Shown here piece after piece: positions 9,017-17,445 of a DNA stretch of 64,000 nucleotides. This DNA is from Patescibacteria group bacterium (lineage in GTDB: Bacteria > Patescibacteriota > Minisyncoccia > Phycocordibacterales > UBA9973): assembly GCA_040390725.1 (NCBI GenBank), contig JAZJXT010000001.1, positions 6,896 through 70,895 on the forward strand, read 5' to 3'. The notes below the pieces were generated by a model, which made no database searches, was not told where the DNA came from, and saw nothing but the letters and a program-made list of their open reading frames with translations. A program made the position numbers and the translations under genes. How positions within the stretch are numbered: the stretch's first letter is position 1; every line of letters begins with the position of its first letter.

Positions 9017-10273
9017 ATGGATAAAAAACTTTTAAAACAATTACAGAATGCAAAAACTGCTTCAGCAGAGCTCGGGCTTCTTTCTGGTGCGAAAAGAAAT
9101 TTAATTTTAAAAAACTTGGCGCAACTTTTACGCAAGAATAAAAAATTAATTATTTCTGCCAATCAAAAAGACGCAAAGAATTTTGACATTAATAACCCGA
9201 TGCGCGATAGGTTGCTCTTAAATGATGAACGCATCGAAGGCATGGCAAAAGAAATCGAAGGCATTATTGCATTGCCTGACCCAATAGGCGAGCTTTTTGA
9301 TTGCAGAGAAAGAGGTGAGTTAAATATTTGCAGGAAACGAGTACCGCTTGGCGTAGTTGGAATTATCTACGAATCTCGCCCAAATGTGACGACGGATGTC
9401 TCGGCTATTTGTATCAAGTCTGGCAATGCAGCTGTATTAAAAGGCGGAAAAGAAGCTCGAAATAGCTATATTGTTTTACATAATTTAATTAAAAAAGCAT
9501 TTGTTTCTGCTGGTGCAAATCCTGATGCGATACAATTTATTGACCCGAAAGACAGGGAAATAGTAAATCAAATTATCAAAGCTAATGATTATATAGATAT
9601 GATAATTCCTCGTGGAAGTCATCGCTTGATAAGTTTCGTTCGTGATAATGCCACAGTGCCTATGATAGAAACAGGCGCTGGAGTTTGCCACACATTTGTG
9701 GATGAAAGTGCGAAATTAATTCCTTCAGCAAAAATAATTTTCAATGCCAAAACTCAAAGACCCAGCGTGTGCAATGCGTTGGATACTTTGCTCGTGCATA
9801 AAAAAATAGCTGAAAAGTTTTTGCCAATGACTGCGAAACTTCTAGCTGAAAAAGAAGTGGAGATTTTTGCCGATGCTGAGAGTTTTAAAATTTTGAAAAA
9901 TGTTTATCCTAATAATCTTTTGAAAAAAGCAGTAGAGGCTGACTTTGGTAGGGAATTCTTGAGTCAAAAAATGTCTGTAAAAATTGTCTCCGGTGTGGAT
10001 GAAGCTATAAAACACATTAGTAAATTTTCTTCCAAACATTCCGAAGCCATTCTTTCTGAAAATAAACAAAATTGCCAAAAGTTTTTGGATAAAATAGATT
10101 CTGCTGTTGTATATGTAAATGCTTCCACTCGTTTTTCTGATGGGGCGGTTTTTGGATTGGGTTCTGAAATAGGGAATTCCACTTCCAAGCTTCACGCTCG
10201 TGGCCCGATGGGCCCGAAAGAGATAACCACTTACAAATGGATTGTAAAAGGTAAATATTCTACGAGAAAATAA
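9017..10273 (+). CDS. proA: gamma-glutamyl phosphate reductase (glutamate-5-semialdehyde dehydrogenase)
   Basis: VPLGVVGIIYESRPNVTTD...LKGGKEA with catalytic Cys region; 418 aa. Confidence 0.88.
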   Translation: MDKKLLKQLQNAKTASAELGLLSGAKRNLILKNLAQLLRKNKKLIISANQKDAKNFDINNPMRDRLLLNDERIEGMAKEIEGIIALPDPIGELFDCRERGELNICRKRVPLGVVGIIYESRPNVTTDVSAICIKSGNAAVLKGGKEARNSYIVLHNLIKKAFVSAGANPDAIQFIDPKDREIVNQIIKANDYIDMIIPRGSHRLISFVRDNATVPMIETGAGVCHTFVDESAKLIPSAKIIFNAKTQRPSVCNALDTLLVHKKIAEKFLPMTAKLLAEKEVEIFADAESFKILKNVYPNNLLKKAVEADFGREFLSQKMSVKIVSGVDEAIKHISKFSSKHSEAILSENKQNCQKFLDKIDSAVVYVNASTRFSDGAVFGLGSEIGNSTSKLHARGPMGPKEITTYKWIVKGKYSTRK

Positions 10274-10276
10274 AAA

Positions 10277-12058
10277 ATGCAAAACAAAAATTGCCAAAAT
10301 TGTAAAAAAGATTTTACTGTAGACCAGGAAGATTTTAATTTTTACGAAAAAATGAAAGTTCCAGTTCCGACATTTTGTCCTATGTGCAGGGTGCAGAGGA
10401 GGTTTACATTTAGGAATGAACGCGTGCTTTACAAGAGGAAATGTGATTTTTCTGGTGAGGAAATTTTTTCAATGTATGCATCGGATTCTCCAGTAAAAAT
10501 TTATGAACGAGATATTTGGCTTTCTGATAAATGGGATGCATTGGACTATGGCAGAGACATTGATTGGTCCAGGCCGTTTTTGTCTCAGCTCTATGAACTC
10601 ATGCTTCAGGTGCCTTTTAAATCAAATAATGTTATTCGTGGAGTAAATAGTAATTATTCTAACAATGCCACTGACCCAAAAAATTGTTATTTAGTTTTTA
10701 ATACTACTAGTCCGGAGGATTGTATGTATTCAAATGGTGTAAATTTCTCACGGGACTGTGTGGACGTGTCACATGTTTCCAAGGCGGAAGGTTGTTACCA
10801 GAGTTTTTGGCTCAGTGGATGTTTTAAGACTCACTACTCTTCTCAGTGTGCAGAGTCCAGTGATTTATGGTTTTGTAAAGATTGCCAGGGATGCATGAGT
10901 TGTTTTGGTTGTGTTGATTTAGTTAATAAAAATTATTATTTTTTTAATCAAAAATGTAGTAAAGAAGAATATGAAAAAAAAGTAAAAGAATATAATCTTC
11001 ACACCAGAGAGGGGATTAAAAAAGCACAAGACGAGGCACTCGCTTTTTGGAAGAAATTCCCTAATAAGAATTTTCAAGGCGTAAAGAATTTAAATTGTAC
11101 TGGTTCTTATGTGACTAACTCTAAAAATGTACATGACTCTTTTCTCGTACGTGAAGGAGAAAATCTACGATACTGCCAATATTTACAAGAAATGCCAGCT
11201 CCAAAAGATTGTTATGATTATTCGGGCTGGGGTTCAGGTGCTGAAATGGTATACGAAGCAGTGTCCACTGGATCAAATGCTCAAAATGTAAAATTTACGT
11301 GGCTAACTCAAGAGAATGTGCATGATATGGAATATACAATGGCTTGTTCAAACGGCTCTCAAAATTTATTTGGCTGTGTGGGATTACGCCATAAAGAGTA
11401 TTGTATTTTAAATAAAAAATATACAAAAGAGGAATATGAAATTTTAATTGAAAAAATAAAAAAACATATGGATGAGATGCCTTATGTGGATAAAGTTGGT
11501 CGTGTATATAAATACGGAGAGTTTTATCCTGCTGAAATGAGTCCTTGGGCATACAATGAAACTATTGCATATGAATATTTTCCTTTAACTAAAGAGGAAG
11601 CTCTCGCGAAAGGCTACAGATGGCGTGATCCAGATGCAAAAGATTATACGCCTACAATTTTAGCAGAAAATATACCGGTAGATATCATAAAGGTAGATGA
11701 CTCAATCACGGGAGAGGTATTTGAATGTGCCCACAAGAGGGAATGCAATCATAATTGTACAAAAGCATTTCGGATTATTCCAAATGAATTAAATTTTTAT
11801 AGAAAAATAGGTGTTCCTTTGCCTACTTTGTGTCCCGCTTGTCGTACAATGGAGAGGTTAAAAATGCGTTTAGGTGTAGAACTTTATGATAGGAATTGCA
11901 TGTGTACTGGAGAATTTTCAGAAGATAAAGAATATAAAAATTCAGTTTCTCATACTCACGGCAACAGTCATTGTGAAAACAAATTTAAAACAGGATACAA
12001 TCCGACAAAGAAGGATATAGTCTACTGTGAGCAGTGTTATCAGCAAGAGGTATATTAA
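10277..12058 (+). CDS. Cys-rich zinc-ribbon protein of unknown function (593 aa)
   Basis: N- and C-terminal CxxC...FYxKxxVPxPTxCPxCR zinc-ribbon modules are duplicated, and internal FGCVxL...KEEYE repeats are present. Confidence 0.65.
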   Translation: MQNKNCQNCKKDFTVDQEDFNFYEKMKVPVPTFCPMCRVQRRFTFRNERVLYKRKCDFSGEEIFSMYASDSPVKIYERDIWLSDKWDALDYGRDIDWSRPFLSQLYELMLQVPFKSNNVIRGVNSNYSNNATDPKNCYLVFNTTSPEDCMYSNGVNFSRDCVDVSHVSKAEGCYQSFWLSGCFKTHYSSQCAESSDLWFCKDCQGCMSCFGCVDLVNKNYYFFNQKCSKEEYEKKVKEYNLHTREGIKKAQDEALAFWKKFPNKNFQGVKNLNCTGSYVTNSKNVHDSFLVREGENLRYCQYLQEMPAPKDCYDYSGWGSGAEMVYEAVSTGSNAQNVKFTWLTQENVHDMEYTMACSNGSQNLFGCVGLRHKEYCILNKKYTKEEYEILIEKIKKHMDEMPYVDKVGRVYKYGEFYPAEMSPWAYNETIAYEYFPLTKEEALAKGYRWRDPDAKDYTPTILAENIPVDIIKVDDSITGEVFECAHKRECNHNCTKAFRIIPNELNFYRKIGVPLPTLCPACRTMERLKMRLGVELYDRNCMCTGEFSEDKEYKNSVSHTHGNSHCENKFKTGYNPTKKDIVYCEQCYQQEVY

Positions 12059-12118
12059 TTAGTTGCTTTAAATATAATTATTCTAGCGTGTAGTCAATAA
12101 ATATGTTAAATTAAGTTT

Positions 12119-12472
12119 ATGGGAATAATAATTTTAGACAAACAAATAGGAATGGACGAAGTGAAAGAACTCGCAAAAAGCTGGTATGGCACAATGATAA
12201 AAGGTGCGGTTGATATTATGGACGGGCGGGTAGCTCTAGGCGGGGATTATCATATTGAAGACTCTGAAATGCTTACAAGCACAGGTTCAAAATTTGAAAA
12301 TGTTTGGGGCTTTAATATAAGATTTGAAGAAAATGAAAACGGTGTTTTAGAATTTGATTCTATGGTAAATATCAAGCCAAATCTCGGCAATCGTTCTCGA
12401 AATATCAGTGACCCGGAAGTTATAAAAAAAGGCGAAGAAATAATTTACAAACTTATTAAATTTGTCAGTTAG
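12119..12472 (+). CDS. hypothetical protein (117 aa)
   Basis: ORF only. Confidence 0.45.
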   Translation: MGIIILDKQIGMDEVKELAKSWYGTMIKGAVDIMDGRVALGGDYHIEDSEMLTSTGSKFENVWGFNIRFEENENGVLEFDSMVNIKPNLGNRSRNISDPEVIKKGEEIIYKLIKFVS

Positions 12473-12785
12473 TTTTTTTTGTAATTTTATGGAGAAAAAT
12501 TCTTTATTTTACATGGCAAATCTTTACCCAGAAATAGGGCGACTTTTTTCTTTTTATGATTCTGGGAAAAATGAAGCGGCAGAAAATGCAAAGACCAGGG
12601 CGTTAGGCATAGTTGATCAAATATTATCTTTTCGAGATATTATCCCTGCTGGACGTGAAGAATGGAGTGTTATTAAAAATTTTATTTTAGGTTATCAAAA
12701 CCTTGATTCATACGAACGAAGAATTTTGGAAAAATACGCCGAGCCGTTTTCCTATAAATTTATGAATCAGTATTCTTCGGTATAA
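12462..12785 (+). CDS. hypothetical protein (107 aa)
   Basis: ORF only; overlaps the previous ORF by 11 nt. Confidence 0.4.
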   Translation: MSVSFFCNFMEKNSLFYMANLYPEIGRLFSFYDSGKNEAAENAKTRALGIVDQILSFRDIIPAGREEWSVIKNFILGYQNLDSYERRILEKYAEPFSYKFMNQYSSV

Positions 12786-12789
12786 AAAA

Positions 12790-13569
12790 TTAAACTTTAA
12801 ATATAATTCCAACCAGGTATCCTACAAAAGCGGAGAGCATTCCTATCAAGAGCATTTTTATAGCTTCTTTCATGAAATTTCTGCCTAGGGTGACTTTTGC
12901 TTTATAGTATCCCGCTGCGAATAAAACTCCCGCCGCTAAAATCAAACTAAAAATAGTGGCATATGTAATAGGAAGGAAAAAGTAAGCGGTCAGTGGAATA
13001 AATGATCCGATAAGAGCAGAAATGCCGACAAGGAAACCGGAAGGCAATGCTTGCTTGCGGTCTACACGCTGGAGTTTTAATTCTTGTTCCATCATTATTT
13101 TTAGCCAAATATCTTTATCACTCGTTATTTTTTTCACTATGTCTTCCAAGATTTCTCCTTCAAAACCATAATCTCGATATAGAACTCGGATTTCTTCCAC
13201 TTCACCTTCGGGCGCATTTTCTATTTCCCATTTTTCTCGTTCCATTTCGGATTGATAATAATCCGCTTCGGCGAGCTTGGATGTATAAGCAACTGCCGCC
13301 ATCGAGACACTTTCGGCAAATGTCGCGGCCAGTCCGGCGACGATGACGACTTTTGAAGAAGCTGTCGCGGCGGCGACACCTAGAATAACTCCCAAAACAT
13401 TTACCAAACCGTCCTGCCCGCCCAATATTATTTCCGGAAGGTTAAAACCTACAAGATGTTTTTCTTTATGTTCCGCATCTTTGTCCACAACATTTTTTAA
13501 ATGAGAAGCTTTTAATTTATTAATATCTTTTTCTAAATATGCTTTTCGGGCATCTTGTATCCTTGTCAT
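12790..13569 (-). CDS. VIT1/CCC1-family iron/manganese transporter
   Basis: GGQDGLVNVLGVILGVAAA motif and C-terminal transmembrane helices typical of the VIT family. Confidence 0.78.
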   Translation of the reverse strand: MTRIQDARKAYLEKDINKLKASHLKNVVDKDAEHKEKHLVGFNLPEIILGGQDGLVNVLGVILGVAAATASSKVVIVAGLAATFAESVSMAAVAYTSKLAEADYYQSEMEREKWEIENAPEGEVEEIRVLYRDYGFEGEILEDIVKKITSDKDIWLKIMMEQELKLQRVDRKQALPSGFLVGISALIGSFIPLTAYFFLPITYATIFSLILAAGVLFAAGYYKAKVTLGRNFMKEAIKMLLIGMLSAFVGYLVGIIFKV

Positions 13570-13622
13570 GGTTGGATTATAACATATTATTGTTTTGTTC
13601 TACTTCTCATGAAGCCATAAAT

Positions 13623-13650
13623 TTGACATTTTAGCTGTATTTGCTAGTAT
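13623..13650 (+). promoter_or_regulatory. Promoter TTGACA-N16-TAGTAT upstream of rpsS (same module as 2107-2134)
   Basis: aatttgacatt...tttgctagtat is shared with the tuf promoter. Confidence 0.45.
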
Positions 13651-13688
13651 GGGTATCAGCTCGATTTCGGGCTTTTTATTTAATAGAA

Positions 13689-14036
13689 ATGACAAGATCA
13701 ATCAAAAAAGGAATAAATGTCGACGAAAAATTGCTAAAGAAAATAGCGGGTAAAAACCCATTGGAAACAGCAATGATCAAGACATGGAAAAGAGCTTGTC
13801 AGATAGCCCCTGAGATGGTTGGTTTCGTTTTTGGTGTTTACAATGGCAAGGTTCATATCGAAGTATTAGTTACTGAAGACATGGTAGGACACAGATTGGG
13901 TGAATTTTCTCCTACAAAGAAATTCTTGAAACACGGAGGAAAGATGCAAAAGGAAATGGAGCAGAAAAAGAAAGAAGCTGAAATAACAGCAGCTAAAGGA
14001 GCGACAGCAGCCGCAGCTGACACAAAGAAGAAATAA
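13689..14036 (+). CDS. rpsS: 30S ribosomal protein S19 (Lys/Ala-rich C-terminal extension)
   Basis: MTRSIKKG...IKTWKR...VYNGKVHIEVLVTEDMVGHRLGEF. The ORF-track start at 13641 is an alternative-start artefact; the true ATG is 13689. Confidence 0.9.
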   Translation: MTRSIKKGINVDEKLLKKIAGKNPLETAMIKTWKRACQIAPEMVGFVFGVYNGKVHIEVLVTEDMVGHRLGEFSPTKKFLKHGGKMQKEMEQKKKEAEITAAKGATAAAADTKKK

Positions 14037-14045
14037 AATAATCAT

Positions 14046-14444
14046 ATGAAAGCCTTTTTGAAAAATTATAGACAGTCCCCAAGAAAAGTCCGCCTTGTAG
14101 CGGGTCTTGTTCGTGGTAAAGACGTTTCTGAAGCTTTGGTAGAATTGGATTTCTTGGCGAAGCGCGCAGGTGAACCGATTCAGAAATTGATTAAATCCGC
14201 AGTTGCAAATGCAAAACAAATCGGTTTAGACGCTGAGAATTTATTTATAAAAGAAATTACAGTTGATAAAGGGATAGTCATGAAAAGAATGATGCCTGCA
14301 GCCATGGGTTCCGGACACAGAATAAACAAGAGAACGAGCCACATCAATGTAGTGCTCGCAGAAAGAGTTGCAAAAGTTAAAAAAGTAAAAACAGTTAAAG
14401 CAAAAGTCGCAACAAAAAAAGTAGTTACAAAAAAAGCAAAATAA
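14046..14444 (+). CDS. rplV: 50S ribosomal protein L22 (Lys-rich C-terminal tail)
   Basis: L22 core and operon position. Confidence 0.9.
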   Translation: MKAFLKNYRQSPRKVRLVAGLVRGKDVSEALVELDFLAKRAGEPIQKLIKSAVANAKQIGLDAENLFIKEITVDKGIVMKRMMPAAMGSGHRINKRTSHINVVLAERVAKVKKVKTVKAKVATKKVVTKKAK

Positions 14445-14448
14445 TTTT

Positions 14449-15132
14449 ATGTCAAAAATAGTACACCCATATGCGCATAGATTAGTAATTCTCCGAGACT
14501 GGAAGTCTCGCTGGTTTGCTGAGCCTAAAAAATATTGTGATTTCTTAAAAGGGGATGTGCTTATTCGCGAGTACTTGGAAAAGAAATTGCGAGGAATGTA
14601 TCTTTCTTCTATTGAAATAGAAAGAAGTCAAAAGGCGACTCGTTTTATGATCAAGACTTCACGACCTGGTTTGATAATCGGCAGAAATGGTGAAGGCGCG
14701 ACAAAACTAAAAGAAGAAATTTTGAAGAAAATGCAAAAGTTGAAACTTTCCAAGCCGGAAGAATTCAAATTGGAAATAATCGAAGTTACAAATCCTGAAT
14801 CTGATGCTGCTATCGTGGCTTATATGATCGCTGAAGGATTGGAAAAAAGAATGCCATATCGCCGAGTTATCAAGCAAGTTTTGGAAAAAGTTATGACTGC
14901 TCGTGGCGTAGAAGGTGCCCGAGTTACTCTTTCCGGACGTCTTGGTGGAGCTGAAATTGCTCGTACGGAAGATTTGAAACGAGGTTCTATCCCGCTTCAG
15001 ACTTTCCGCGCGGATATTGATTTCAAGCGAGAAAAAGCGCATTTGCCTTATGGTGATGTGGGTATAAAAGTTTGGATTTACCGAGGTAAGATTTTTTCTG
15101 AAAAGAAAAAGCAAGAAGTAGTAAATAATTAA
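14449..15132 (+). CDS. rpsC: 30S ribosomal protein S3
   Basis: KH domain and an S3 C-terminal domain. Confidence 0.93.
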   Translation: MSKIVHPYAHRLVILRDWKSRWFAEPKKYCDFLKGDVLIREYLEKKLRGMYLSSIEIERSQKATRFMIKTSRPGLIIGRNGEGATKLKEEILKKMQKLKLSKPEEFKLEIIEVTNPESDAAIVAYMIAEGLEKRMPYRRVIKQVLEKVMTARGVEGARVTLSGRLGGAEIARTEDLKRGSIPLQTFRADIDFKREKAHLPYGDVGIKVWIYRGKIFSEKKKQEVVNN

Positions 15133-15141
15133 TATAAATAT

Positions 15142-15570
15142 ATGTTAGTACCAAAAAAAGTAAAATTTAGAAAGTGGCAGACAGGACGCATGAACAAAAA
15201 GGCGATGACTGCAGATACCCGCGGAACAAAATTAGCCTTCGGTTCTTTCGGATTGAAAGCCGAGACTCAAGCTCGCGTCAAATCAAATCAAATAGAATCC
15301 GCCCGCAAGGCAATGTCTCGCGCACTTACAAAAGCCGGCAAATATTGGATCCGTATTTTTCCTGACAGACCTTATACAGCAAAAGCCGCAGAAGTAGGTA
15401 TGGGAAAGGGAAAGGGTGATCCGCAAGGGTATTGTTTTGAGGTTTTTCCTGGACGCATAATTTTCGAAGTTGATGGAATAGATGAAAAAATAGCACGTGA
15501 AGCCTTGAGAAAAGCTGGTACAAAATTGCCGATCAAGTTTAGAATAGTTTCCAGAGTTAAAAAACAATAA
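15142..15570 (+). CDS. rplP: 50S ribosomal protein L16
   Basis: MLVPKKVKFRK start typical of L16. Confidence 0.93.
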   Translation: MLVPKKVKFRKWQTGRMNKKAMTADTRGTKLAFGSFGLKAETQARVKSNQIESARKAMSRALTKAGKYWIRIFPDRPYTAKAAEVGMGKGKGDPQGYCFEVFPGRIIFEVDGIDEKIAREALRKAGTKLPIKFRIVSRVKKQ

Positions 15571-15579
15571 TAAAATTAT

Positions 15580-15771
15580 ATGGCAAAAAAAGTTGAAAAT
15601 TTAAAAGGAATGAAAAAAGCGGAACTCGAGTCTACTCTCGCTACTTTACGAGAAAATGTACGAGGAATAATGTTTAAGGCTGAAGGTTCAAAATCAAAAA
15701 ATGTGAAAGAATTAGCAACCTTAAAAAAACAAATCGCCCGAGTAATGACAGAGTTAAACAAAAAGAAATAA
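15580..15771 (+). CDS. rpmC: 50S ribosomal protein L29
   Basis: 63 aa, operon position. Confidence 0.82.
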   Translation: MAKKVENLKGMKKAELESTLATLRENVRGIMFKAEGSKSKNVKELATLKKQIARVMTELNKKK

Positions 15772-15774
15772 TTT

Positions 15775-16050
15775 ATGAAAAAAGCAACAACAAAAACAAA
15801 TACAGAAAGTACGGAAAACAAAGGCACAGTTTTAAAAGGTACAGTTGTTTCCGACAAGATGAACAAGACAATTGTCGTTTCCGTTTCTCGTTTTATCAAG
15901 CACCCTAAATACGGCAAGTTTTATCAGAAGAATAAAAAGTACAAGGTGCATGATGAAAATAACACATACAAAGTAGGTGATAAAGTAGAAATAATAGAAA
16001 CACGACCAATTTCAAAAGATAAAAAGTTTAAAGTTTTAGAAAAGAATTAG
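15775..16050 (+). CDS. rpsQ: 30S ribosomal protein S17
   Basis: S17 OB fold; operon position. Confidence 0.88.
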   Translation: MKKATTKTNTESTENKGTVLKGTVVSDKMNKTIVVSVSRFIKHPKYGKFYQKNKKYKVHDENNTYKVGDKVEIIETRPISKDKKFKVLEKN

Positions 16051-16068
16051 AAAATTTAATTTAAATTT

Positions 16069-16440
16069 ATGATACAACCAGAAACATTAGTAAAAATAAC
16101 AGACAATGCCGGAGGCACTATCGGAAAAGTGTTCAAGGTTTTAGGCAGTGCTCACAAGAGATACGCTACTCTAGGCGAGCTTGTTATTATTTCCGTCAAA
16201 GTCGCTTCACCTCGTAAGGGAGTTAAGAAGAAAGATGTGCATCAGGCAGTCGTTGTACGTACTCGCAATGCTTATCGCCGAAAGGACGGTTCATACATTC
16301 GTTTTGATGACAACGCTGTAGTTATTTTGGAAAAAGGAAAGAAAGATCCAAAAGCAGGACGCGTATTCGGACCTATCCCTCGTGAGCTCGCTGAGAAAGG
16401 TTTTCAGAAGATTATTTCTTTGGCACCGGAAGTTATTTAA
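16069..16440 (+). CDS. rplN: 50S ribosomal protein L14
   Basis: MIQPETLVKITDNAG start typical of L14. Confidence 0.95.
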   Translation: MIQPETLVKITDNAGGTIGKVFKVLGSAHKRYATLGELVIISVKVASPRKGVKKKDVHQAVVVRTRNAYRRKDGSYIRFDDNAVVILEKGKKDPKAGRVFGPIPRELAEKGFQKIISLAPEVI

Positions 16441-16447
16441 AAATAGC

Positions 16448-16488
16448 CCCGATGTCGGACATATGGAAACCATATGTCCGACATCGGG
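16448..16488. repeat. Palindrome family copy 2: 19-bp arms cccgatgtcggacatatgg / ccatatgtccgacatcggg with loop aaa
   Basis: Read directly from the sequence, between rplN and rplX. Confidence 0.8.
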
Positions 16489-16503
16489 ACAAAAGAAAAA
16501 CAT

Positions 16504-16809
16504 ATGAAATTAAAAAAAGGAGACAATATAATAATCATCACAGGAAAAGACAAAGGCAAGAAAGGTAAAATTACCAAAGTTTTTCCTGATTTAAACAAAG
16601 TCGTAGTAGAAGGCGCAAATACAATGAAGAAGCACCAACGTCCTAGAAAGTCCGGCGAAAAAGGCCAGATGGTTTCCATTTCTATGCCGATGCATGCTTC
16701 CAATGTAATGATTGCAGATCCAAAATCAGGCAAGCCTTCCAAGATCGGCAAGAAAAAAGTAGGCGATAAAATGGTCAGAATCGCCCGAAAAAGTAAACAA
16801 GAAATTTAA
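16504..16809 (+). CDS. rplX: 50S ribosomal protein L24
   Basis: MKLKKGDNIIIITGKDKGKKGKITKV. The ORF-track start at 16474 lies inside the palindrome; the true ATG is 16504. Confidence 0.88.
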   Translation: MKLKKGDNIIIITGKDKGKKGKITKVFPDLNKVVVEGANTMKKHQRPRKSGEKGQMVSISMPMHASNVMIADPKSGKPSKIGKKKVGDKMVRIARKSKQEI

Positions 16810-16814
16810 AAAAT

Positions 16815-17381
16815 ATGAAACACTTAACCGTAAAAGAAAAAGAAGCAGAGGCATTTTCAAAAATGAAAGGTACTTTTGGTTACAAGAATGCAATGTCTGC
16901 GCCAAGATTAAAAAAGATAGTTATCAACGTAGGCACAGGCACCGCTGTTAAAAAAGATAAAAACAAAAATACTGCAATTGCAGAACGTTTAACAAAAATA
17001 ACAGGCCAGAAGCCAGCTCTTCGCGGAGCAAAGCAATCTATTGCATCTTTCAAAATCCGTCAGGGCGACCCTGTAGGTATCGTGGTTACTCTTCGTGGCA
17101 AGAGAATGTATGCTTTCTTGGAAAAATTAATTAACGTATCTCTTCCTCGTACAAAAGACTTCCGTGGTATCAATCGCACAACTGTGGACAGTATTGGAAA
17201 CCTTACTCTCGGCATCAAGGAACACACTATTTTCCCTGAAACAGCTGATGAAGACATCAAAGACGTATTCGGTATGGCTATCACCATGGTATCCTCGGCA
17301 AAAACTAAACCCGAAGGTTTCGCATTTTTCGAATTGCTAGGTATTCCTTTTAAAAAGGAAGAGGCAGGTAAGAAAAAATAA
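16815..17381 (+). CDS. rplE: 50S ribosomal protein L5
   Basis: L5 signature and operon position. Confidence 0.93.
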   Translation: MKHLTVKEKEAEAFSKMKGTFGYKNAMSAPRLKKIVINVGTGTAVKKDKNKNTAIAERLTKITGQKPALRGAKQSIASFKIRQGDPVGIVVTLRGKRMYAFLEKLINVSLPRTKDFRGINRTTVDSIGNLTLGIKEHTIFPETADEDIKDVFGMAITMVSSAKTKPEGFAFFELLGIPFKKEEAGKKK

Positions 17382-17384
17382 ATT

Positions 17385-17408
17385 CTATTTTTCTATTTTT
17401 CTATTTTT
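17385..17408. repeat. Simple sequence repeat (ctattttt)x3
   Basis: Read directly from the sequence. Confidence 0.5.
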
Positions 17409-17445
17409 TATTTCTTTTTTAGGTTTTTTATGCTACGATAGCCAG

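Noticed and set aside
13641-13688. N-terminal 16-aa extension of S19 in the ORF track (MLVWVSARFRAFYLIE), and the similar extension of L24 from 16474.
   Set aside because: The track uses alternative start codons. The conserved S19 and L24 N-termini begin at ATG 13689 and ATG 16504, and the 16474 start lies within the palindromic repeat.
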